Assembly: GCA_002269645.1 (NCBI GenBank)
Contig: NIVC01004880.1
Coordinates: 1-32,506, forward strand
DNA: 32,506 nucleotides
Reading direction: 5' to 3'
Source: Macrostomum lignano
Lineage: Eukaryota
Of the stretch, positions 12,613 to 22,800 are shown one piece after another (position 1 is the stretch's first letter; each line of letters opens with the position of its first letter). A program made the position numbers and the translations under genes. The notes below the pieces were generated by a model. The model was not told where the DNA came from. It saw only the letters and a list, made by a program, of their open reading frames with translations, and did not search any database.

Positions 12613-12940
12613 CTAAGACGCTATCAGAAATAGATTAAGACGCTACCAGCGCTATACTAAGACGCTATCAGATTTTTTTGGCCCGGAAGTAAACCACAGA
12701 AGAGTAATTTCTGGCCTGGCAATAGACTTATGAAACGTATTTACTTGGCCTGACGCAATAAAACTCCAAATCCTCAGAAATACGATTCTGCACAGATTAT
12801 AGCCGGAAATAAATATGCTGCACATATGATCCACACTGGGAAATAAAGTAAACCTGCTTAGCAACTTGAAAAATGAAGCATCGCTGCCAATTGGTCCGAT
12901 GAGGCGCCATCTGCAGCATTCGAGCCTCGCACCGTCACTG

Positions 12941-13285
12941 AGCCCCTCATCATGCAAGCAGACACAGTCCCCATCGACGCCAGACCACATAGCCCCTCAT
13001 CATGCAAACAGACACAGTCCCCATCAACGCCAAACCACATAGCCCCTCATCATGCAAACAGGCACAGTCCCCATCAACGCCAAACCACATAGCCCCTCAT
13101 CATGCAAACAGGCACAGTCCCCATCGACGCCAACCATCATAGCCCCTCATCATGCAAACAGGCACAGTCCCCATCGACGCCAACCATCATAGCCCCTCAT
13201 CATGCAAACAGACACAGTCCCCATCGACGCCAACCATCATAGCCCCTCATCATGCAAACAGACACAGTCCCCATCGACGCCAACC
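12941..13285. repeat. 50-bp minisatellite, ~7 copies
   Basis: G(A/G)CACAGTCC recurs at 12961, 13011, 13061, 13111, 13161, 13211 and 13261. Confidence 0.95.
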
Positions 13286-13867
13286 CAATTACATTTAATT
13301 GGCATCACCGTCATCGCACTGCATTTGTATCGCCTACAATTTCAATCGCATGAGTCAGCCAAGTTGAGTGCATGAATGCCTCCACTGGGCTGCACAAGGC
13401 CGTTCGTTCAGTTATTCCGCCGCCCACTGAACCCATGTTGCTAATACGCGTTATGAATTACTCTAACTCGAAACGCACTCCAAACACGTCACGGCTGAAA
13501 GCCTCGGCAAGTCGGACTTCTTGAAGATTAAGCCAGTAAGTTGGGAGGGGTTAAATAAAGTCAACCTCGTTAGCGACGCTCGTTTGCGGTAGCATCGCTA
13601 CAGACTTGGCTGAATTATCGAATCGGCCACTGCTTGATGCTTCTAAGTTTGCAGCTTGAATATATTATGAAAAAGTTAGGCAACACTTTGAAATTTGTAG
13701 TCTAAACTTTATTTAGAATGAATTCTGGTGCTATCATTAAGAGATGGTTATAATATCACTATTGGTGCCATTAGTTTTTGCATGACGTGATTACTTTCAG
13801 AACGCTGAATGTAGCATCTTTAGGCCTGGGTACCAGTACGCAGTAGAAGCCAGAGCTAATGAGCAGA

Positions 13868-16800
13868 TCAACTGACCGGCAAGCCCAGAGCAGTCCGGGC
13901 CCGCAGAACCTTAGCAACCAGCTGCTCCCGGTACTGCAGCATCAGCGGATCCCGCACGTAGTCGTCTCGATGCATTTCTTTGGACCCGCCAATCGAATAG
14001 TGATGTAGGCCAGCTACGTTGTACTTTATAAACTCCGTGTTTCGCTCGTTCAAATACTGCCATACATAGTTCACGCCAAGCATTAGCACAAAGTGTGGCT
14101 TGATGATCATCTTTGACCGGGAGCCATGGACGTGCACCTCAGCCTCGCGGTTCAGCTTCAGCAGAGTGTTTAGCTTCAGGCCGGAGATTGTAGTGTTGGC
14201 CGATACCCCGGGATCGCTGGCCCATTCAAGACGGAAAAAAGAGTTCTGAAACAACAGACCACCGATGCTACCGTCCGACATGAAAGCTCGGGTCAGGTCC
14301 CGCCAGCTGCGAAACCCCTCTCCTCTCGGCACAATCACTTCGTCCGTATCGGTGGAAACCACGAACTCGTACTGTGCTGCAGTTCGCAGTACACAGTCCT
14401 GCAGCATTACTATGGTACCGTAGTACTTCACTTCTTCTGCGGAATCCGACGATTTGGTCTTGCCGTCAACTTTTAGTGGTGGGTGGAAGGGAAGGACGGT
14501 GACGTCACTGGCGAACTGCAGGTGAAGATGTTTGTTATGATGGTTGGCTTCATACACTTGTAGGCGAAGTAATATAAGAGGTACGTGTAGCCATGGATAT
14601 ACAGAGCTACAAATGTATGCATATTATGTATATTATTCTTCAACTTTTGAGGGAAAACATTGGAAGTCAATATTTATAAAGTCAAAATTACATGTTTTGT
14701 TTGAATAAACAGTTAAGAAGCACTGCAAAGGTTTAAGGCCACTCACGTGCTTATTCGAAAGCAGCTCGGTCACTCGCCTGCTCGTTGAGTGCTTGTACAC
14801 AAAGAAATGGTCGGCGCCAAAAAGGCGGTTCAGTTCCAGCGTCTGCACCAGCTCGTCCACCTTGTCGTACTTGGACTGCAGAGGTGACATGCACACAGCG
14901 AATCTGCCGTTGCGCACCGGCTCGGACGGCAGCGGAATCACCGGGTGCACTGCGTGGGGCTGACCACAGGCCGACCTGCGGGCAGATGCGACCAGTTGAG
15001 GTTCTGAGCTTCAGTTTGTATTCTGAGCTTCAGTTTGTATTCTGAGCTTCAGTTGGGGTTCTGAGCTTCAGTTTGTATTCTGAGCTTCAGTTTGTATTCT
15101 GAGCTTCAGTTTGTAGGGTTGCGTTTGGTTTGGGCCGTCGGGGTGGGGGCTGCTCTATTAGTATATGTACTTGCATCTCGCTTTCTTCTCTGTACATGCC
15201 CACCACCCCAGTTGGGTGAGTCACTTAAATCGATCTATCATCGCTGACTATTTAATCGCTCGTAAAATTATCGTGCATCAAAATATACTTCGTAAACTTA
15301 CTCTAAATTCTCGGCTCTTACATCTGTGGCAGCGAGAACCCAGTGCAAGTGCACTCATGGCCCAGAACACCCTTCTACCGCCAAAGTTCAGTGGAACAGA
15401 CGGCACTGACGTGAGAAAGTGGCTGCGCATCTTTGAGGAATTCGCCAACGATGCGAAATGGGATGACGCGACCTCAGCGTCGAAGGTGAAGCTGCTGCTC
15501 ACGGGAGAAGCCCAACTGGTCGTCTATGACCTGGCCGAGACATGACAAGAGTTTTAAAAGTATAAAGGAGGACCTCACAAAGTTATATGGAGGCGAAGCG
15601 GACAGCTTTAAGGCCATGAGCGACTTCTACGCGAAAAAACGTGGAGATACCGAGACACTGCGTGAGCTCTGCTTTAACCTGAAGCTGCTACACCAGAAAG
15701 CCAGACCGGAGGACTCAATTGTTCAGCGAGACCGAGATGTGCGCTTCAAGCTTCTGAAGCTGCTCAAGGCCGAAATTCGTGACAACCTGCTTAAGGCAGA
15801 GGTCGCAGAGACCTCCAGCCTGGAGACTCTGCTGCAGCGGGCGGCTCGGCTGGAGGAGCTGGCTGGGCGACAGTCGGTGGCGGCAGTCAGAGCCGTCAGC
15901 GCTACATCATCGGCAGAACCAAGCGAGGACCGCCTGGACCGACTGGAGAAACGCATGGAGGAGCTCATCGCGAGGGTCAGCGTACAGTCGGGTACCGACA
16001 CTCGGCGTCGCCGTCAACAGCGAGGAGGCGGCTGCTTCAAATGCGGCCAGCTCGGACACCGTGCAGCGCAATGTCAGCAGCGAGAGAAACAGCCGGGTCC
16101 GATCATCTGCCACAAGTGCTCTGGGCGGGGGCACAAGGCCTCTGTCTGCCCATCGAAGGCTTCGGGAAACTTTTAAGGGTTGGTGCAACGGGTGCGGGAC
16201 CCACACCAACCCCAAGGAGCAATCCCGTGCTTCATGCTATTTTTATACCTGGAGAGGCAAACGGCAAGCCGTGCCGCTGGCTGCTGGACACCGGAGCGCA
16301 GACCTCGCTGATCAGCGACGTTGCTTTGAGAGAGCTGGACGGTCGCTGCGAGCTGAAGCCGGCAGATGTCAGGCCTGTGTCCGTGGACGGCTCCGTTCTC
16401 GAGCTGTTAGGAAGCGTGAGCATTACGGTGCGACTCAGTCATCAGCTGCGCAGACAAATGGACGTGCTGGTGGTCAGAGGGATTCGCCCAAACTTCATCC
16501 TGGGGATGGATTTCGTGAGCAAGGCGGCCAGATCGCAGTTCAGCATCGACCAGGGTGCCAAGACAGTCGCATTCGATGGTGAGGCGGTTCCGTTCAGTAA
16601 CTGCGATTCCAAGCAAGATGGCCCGCTGTCTTGTTGCTTGGTACCCACAGTGATCATCGCCAGAGTTCAGGGCGCCGTCGTGGTACCGCCAAGGTCAGTT
16701 AAAGTGGTGGACGTGACGACCGAGACCAAGCAGGCACATGGCTGAACCCAGGCAAGAGCTTCTTTGCCTACCGGAGCGTCACGTACCTGGGTCACCAAGT

Positions 16801-19800
16801 CTCTGAGAGCGGCATCGCACCTGCCGCGGAGAAGGTCGAGGCGATCAGGCGGATGCCGGAGCCGCAGTCTGAGGAGGATGTTCGACGCATCATCGGCATG
16901 CTCAGCTTCTACCGCAGGTTTCCGCAGGTCACGGCGGCTTCGTGTGGACGTCAGAGCATGCTGCGGTGCTGGACAAGTTGAAGGACGCGCTGACCCAGGC
17001 CCCGGTGCTCCAGCTGCCCGACTTCAGCAGGCCTATCGTCATCAGCTGTGACAGCAGTGCTGTGGCCTTGGGTGCGGTGCTCAGCCAGGAGCGCGACGGC
17101 CAGGAGCTGCCAGTGGCCTACGCTTCCCGGACGCTGAGCAAGGCAGAGCGCAACTACAGCACCACGGACCGGGAGCTGCTCGCGATTGTTTGGAGCCTCA
17201 AGCAGTTCCGCATGTACCTGAGCAACAGCTGCAAGATCCAGGTGTTCACCGACCACAAGCCGATCACTGGGCTGCTCAACGCGAAGGAACCAACCGGTCG
17301 GCTGGCACGTTGGCTACAGCTCATTCAGGAGTTCCCCCTGGAAATCCTGTACCGGCCCGGCAAGGAGAACATCGTGCCAGACACCCTCAGCCGAGCAGCG
17401 GCGGTGCAGTTCCAGATCGCTAATCTGCCTGACGAGCAGGACCAGGACCAGGTTCTGCACGCGGGTTCGGCACGCGATGCTCCAGCCCAACTTTCAAGTT
17501 CCGGCGGCGGTGAGTGCATCGGTCCAGAAGCTGCTGCCCTATCTGACGCTGTCACCGGACGGCGCACTGCTCCACAACGGGTTGCCGGTGATCCCTCAGC
17601 ACATGAGAGCGGAGCTGCTGCAACAGGCGCACGACCGGCCGAGCGCGGGTCACCTCGGACAGCGGCGGGTGCTGCAGGCTCTGCGCGAGCGTTCCTGGTG
17701 GCCGGACATGCGCGAGGACGTGCGGGACTGGGTGCGGAGCTGCCTGGTCTGCCAACGACGCAAGGGAGCGCCAAAGCGAGCGCTCGCTGAGCTGGTGCGG
17801 CAGCCGCTACCGGCCAAGCCGTGGGCTGTCATGCAACTCGACATCAAGGGCCCACTGCCAGTCACCGAGTCTGGCAAGCGCTACATCATCTGCTTTGTCG
17901 ACACATTTTCAAAGTGGGTGGAGGCGGCGGCCCTCGGCCAGATCGACGCCAAGACGGTAGCCGAGGCTCTGGTGACCTGCGTGGTGCTGCGCACGGAGTT
18001 CGGAGGTCGTGCACTCGGACCAAGGTCGCCAGTTTGAGGCCAAGTTTTCAAGCAGACCTGCGCGCTGCTCGGAGCAGAAAAATCGAGGACCTCACCGTTT
18101 CACCCCAGCGGCAACGGGAACGTCGAGAGGTTCAATAGGACGCTGGGCAACATGCTCTCCGCATTCTGCTCAGAGAATCAGGCCAGCTGGGATGCCCTGC
18201 TGCCCTATGTCGTGTGGGCCTACAACAGCTCTGAGCACAGCTCCACGGGCGAGTCGCCGTTCAAAGTGCTCCGCGGCATCGAGCCCAGACTGCCGGTCGA
18301 CTTGGCACTCGGTGGGCAGTGCGACCAGCCGCAGGACTGCGCGGACCTGCAGGCGAGAATCAGGCGCGGCTTTCAGGTAGTGCGGGCGCACCTGCACACG
18401 GCCCAGAAATCGCAGCACGAGTTCTACAACCTAGGGGCAGAGACTACCGACTTCAAGACCGGTGACCGAGTGATGCTGACGCACCATGCGATGAAGCGCG
18501 GCCAGTGCAAGTCGCTGTCGAACCGGTGGTCCGGCCCGTTCATCGTCCTTAAGAAGATCAGCCCTGTGAACTACCGGCTGCAGGCTGTGAACGGCAGGCG
18601 CCGCTTGCTGGTTCACCACGACCGCTTGAAGCGCTTTATCGACCGACCGAATCTGAGCGGCAGGCCGCCAGCCAAGCCGGCCACCGAGGACGACTGTCAG
18701 AGCGTCCTGGACGCCGCGGGCCAGCTGGCCGGCCCGGACGCCTGGGAGCCGCTGCGCAACCCGGACGCGGCTGAACCCGGCAACACGGTGCGCCGGTCGG
18801 GCAGGCAGCGCCGGCGGCCGGATTTTTACACGGCGACCTGTTGACGTGCTTTATTTCTGATCGGGACTTTTTTCGCGTTGCATGAACTTTTTTTTGTTTG
18901 CTTTTGTTTTATCCCGTTTTTTATCCCATGTATTTTTCTTGGGGGAGAGTGATGTAGGGTTGCGTTTGGTTTGGGCCGTCGGGTGAGGGCTGCTCTATTA
19001 GTATATGTACTTGCATCTCGCTTTCTTCTCTGTACATGCCCACCACCCCAGTTGGGTGAGTCACTTTAATCGATCTATCATCGCTGACTATTTAATCGCT
19101 CGTAAATTATCGTGCATCAAAATATACTTCGTAAACTTACTCTAAATTCTCGGCTCTTACAAGTTTGTATTCTGAGCTTCAGTTTGTATTCTGAGCTTCA
19201 GTTTGTATTCTGAGCTTCAGTTTGTATTCTGAGCTTCAGTTTGTATTCTGAGCTTCAGTTTGTATTCTGAGCTTCAGTTTGTATTCTGAGCTTCAGTTTG
19301 TATTCTGAGCTTCAGTTTGTATTCTGAGCTTCAGTTTGTATTCTGAGCTTCAGTTTGTATTCTGAGCTTCAGTTTGTATTCTGAGCTTCAGTTTGTATTC
19401 TGAGCTTCAGTTTGTATTCTGAGCTTCAGTTTGTATTCTGAGCTTCAGTTTGGAATTCTGAGCTTCAGTTGATTCTGAGCTTCAGTTGGATTCTGAGCTT
19501 CAGTTGGGATTCTGAGCTTCAGTTGGGATTCTGAGCTTCAGTTGGGATTCTAAGCTTCAGTTGGGATTCTGAGCTTCAGTTTGTATTCTGAGCTTCAGTT
19601 TGTATTCTGAGCTTCAGCTTCTATTCTGAGCTTCAGTCGAAATGCACTCAGCCGACTGAGTGGGTCTCCGATTTAGTCATAGTCTGGAAACCAGATAGGA
19701 CACTACGCTTGTTCCTTGACCCCAGAATCTCAGCGAATTCATCATTTAGGACCGTTACCCAAGACTATCAGAGGATCAATAAAAACTGATATGTAAAATG

Positions 19801-22800
19801 TTGGGACCAAAATTTTCTCTCTTCACTTTCCCTTTGATACAATGTGAGGCTTTCCCTGTATGGACTGCTAACAGCTTTTTATGCACCTTATACATGTACG
19901 TGATGAATAAACTGCCGTTCGGTCTGAAAGATTATCCGGAGCAACAACAACAAGATACTCTGTCAGGGTTATTAGAAGGAAGCGTCACAGGGCGCGCCTC
20001 TGCGCGAGGTAGCGAACGAATGGCAGTCGCCGAAATGCCAAGTGCGCGCCTGTTGCCGCCGGTAGGTGTCTGCAGCGTCAGCAGCAGCATCTCCTGCATC
20101 GGCTGTGGGCAGTACGACGGCGTGGACGATGTGGCCTGCCATTTAGAGTCGCTGACGGCGCAAAAGGTCGTTTGGACGGACCAGGCAGGCGCGGTGAAAA
20201 AAGTGCCGCGTTTGAAAAAAAAATTGCTCGTCGCTGATCCTGAAAGTGGCGAGCAGCAGGCCAGCATGGGCCGCATCTACTTTTCATTCGAGCGGGTCCG
20301 TCAGCGTCTCTTCATGTACCATTTATTAAAAATCGGTTCAGGCATTCCGGCTGTAGACTGAAATACCGGTCGGATCTAAGAGATTTAGTATATTGTGAAT
20401 GATGTTTGACGTAGCCCTAATCAAAGATTTTTATATTAGCTTTTCATATCGAGGTTTCAGTAGGTCTGGACCATAGACTGTTGATATGAAGTGGACTTTG
20501 TCGAAAGTGGAAGTGAAGTCTTTAATCTTTTAGACATGTGCCTATCTCTGTGGTGTAATTTCGTTTTCCAAAATTTTAGTTTGCTTTGGTGCGAAGCTAT
20601 CTGTACAGAAAGGAGATTCTGATTGTACACTGCTTTAATGAACAACTGTAAAAATTTGGTACAAATATGAACACAGAGAAGCATTTTCTAGAGGTTAGAA
20701 TTGACCTTCACTTTCAGTTGTGATGAAAGGGAGTTTGTCTGAAGTGGATGCAGTTTCAGAGATGCTAAGCTTGAAGTGTGGAAGATGAAGTTCTCACTGT
20801 CGAAAGAGAAACTGAGTTTGAATGAAAATTGAGGTAAAATGGTGTACCTTCAAGCGGCAAACAGTGGCAGGACCAAGCTAGGGCAGCGGAGCGAACGAAC
20901 GTGCGTCGGCGTGAGCGAAATCGGCGCGGTCGGCTACGTGGTGCCGCCCGACGAGCTGCTGCTGCGCTGGCCCATGCCGATCTTCTGGTTGGCGCCAGCG
21001 ACTGTAAAGCTTATTTCAACGGTACCACAAGGCACAAGGTCGGGATGCTGAACACCCTCAAGGTCGCCTTGCGGAGAGGAGCTCTGACAAAGCTAGCGCT
21101 CGACCTAAGCTGTGATATAATCTCTGCAGGAGGTGTATCAAGGCTGACCCGGGGATTCACTGTAAGGACCTGTGTGCCGGATGGATCCTTTTCTACACAT
21201 CGGCGGACCAACCAGACGTGGAGGTGTTGGAGCGCTGATAGGACCAAAGCTGCAGCAGAGCTGTCGCTGCGTGACACAGCGGTCGCCCTCGGAGACCTAA
21301 ACGCGGTTTTTGTAGGTCGTGACTGTTTGTGACGTCTCGTGAGAACGGCAACAGCAGAGCACTGGAGGACTTCCTGGAGAGGCAGGACATGGTGTCTGCC
21401 AACACCCGCTTCCGCAAGCCACTGCCACATTCGTGGGCTGCAAGCGGAGACGGCGGAACTCGCATGCGCGAGTAAAAATGACTCATCGTCTGTTCTGTTT
21501 TAGCACAGAAAAGCACGTGACTGCCACATACGCAAGTGACCCTGAGTCACGCGACCAATGTATGACAATCCTACTTTATTTAGCATCTGACCTTGGATCA
21601 CGCAGGCTCCCATGATTTTCAGGTCCAAATAGGTAAGTTTCCTTAGGCTAATGGCGCGATTTTCACGCGACTTACGAGGATCTTGACGCTATCAATGCGG
21701 GCTAGCTGAGCTCGATTCTTCCACCGTGAACTCTTACCCGCTACTAAGGAGAGCCAGCCGCCTCTTTCTCCATTTCACGCTTTTGAAAGTTTTACAGATT
21801 CGAGAAGCGCGCAGCACTTCAACAAGAGAGCGACTGCTTCGAAAGATTTTTTCTACTCGTAAAAGTCTTCGTCGAGTCAGTCAGTCAGTCCACATTTCAA
21901 TATCGAATTTAGTAATTGCAGTGTCCTACGTGTCGAAATTGTGAAACGCTTAGTAGCAAGGAGCATTGGAAAGGGTTTACGAGCTATTTACCATCTATTT
22001 ACAAATTTTACAAAAATCAATTTCAATGCACTTGTAGTGAGCCGCTAGTTTAATGTTAGGCGTCGCACTTAGGCAGCAGTTTCTCTCGCCCGCGCCCTCG
22101 CCCTGGGTTGCTCTCTGCCGCTGGTCAGCTTCCCGCCTCCCTTTTGTCTGTCTGTTTGCTGCCCTCTCTCTCTTTGCTGTTCGTTTTCTGTGCTCCTGTT
22201 CTCAGCCTCCAGCTTCTCTGCTGCGGGCTGTCCTTGTTTCGTTCCATTCCCGTTTCTCCTGTCATGTGACTTGCTCACATGACAGGCCTTGTTTTCTTGG
22301 AGTCCTAAAGAAACTCGCTGGTCCTGTTTGCGGGAGAATCACGTGCCTAAGACCCTTTCCTAAGGAGAGGAGTGACTCATGTTTCTAAAAATAGACACTG
22401 AGTCACAGCCTGGCGCACTGTGCCCGCAGACCTCAAGTGACGTCAATTCTAAGGTCTCGTGCGGAGGTCTTGTGCGAGGTCTTGTGCGGAGGAGAATCCC
22501 GCTCTATAAATAGGACCCTTCTCCCCTTGTTTCCGTCAAGGAGTTTTCCGAGATTTGGTCTTCTGAGAGTTTCGTCTTCTAAGACCCCGTGTGCGCCCTT
22601 GTCTGAGATTGAACACCCGTTCTCTGTCTGCGTACATTGAGTTCTCTGCTATTGGTCTGACTGAGACCCATCTAAAGCAAACCCCAAGCCTGTGAGAGGC
22701 TAACAAAGCCCTCCCATCCACCAACCAAGCCCGGCAGGTACTGCTGACGAGACGCCCTGCCCTGTACGTTGAGCTGCAAATCTGCATGTTGTGCTGAGTT

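Larger units (their letters stand above)
15112..19161 (+). mobile_element. Ty3/gypsy LTR retrotransposon, 4050 bp, RT core deleted, 4-bp TSD AGTT
   Basis: TG..CA LTRs at both ends, PBS-like GTGGCAGCG (15326-15334), PPT GGGGGAGAGTGA (18941-18952), domain order gag-PR-(partial RT)-RNaseH-INT, and AGTT at 15108-15111 and 19162-19165. Confidence 0.96.

Noticed and set aside
15165-15356. N-terminal extension of the gag ORF
   Set aside because: It lies within the 5' LTR and PBS. The ATG at 15357 is the plausible start.
19798-20361. 187-aa ORF and overlapping minus-strand ORFs in a GC-rich intronic patch
   Set aside because: No recognisable domain in any frame (a THAP-like reading was considered but the motif is incomplete). 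It is probably a transposon remnant, but I cannot assign it.
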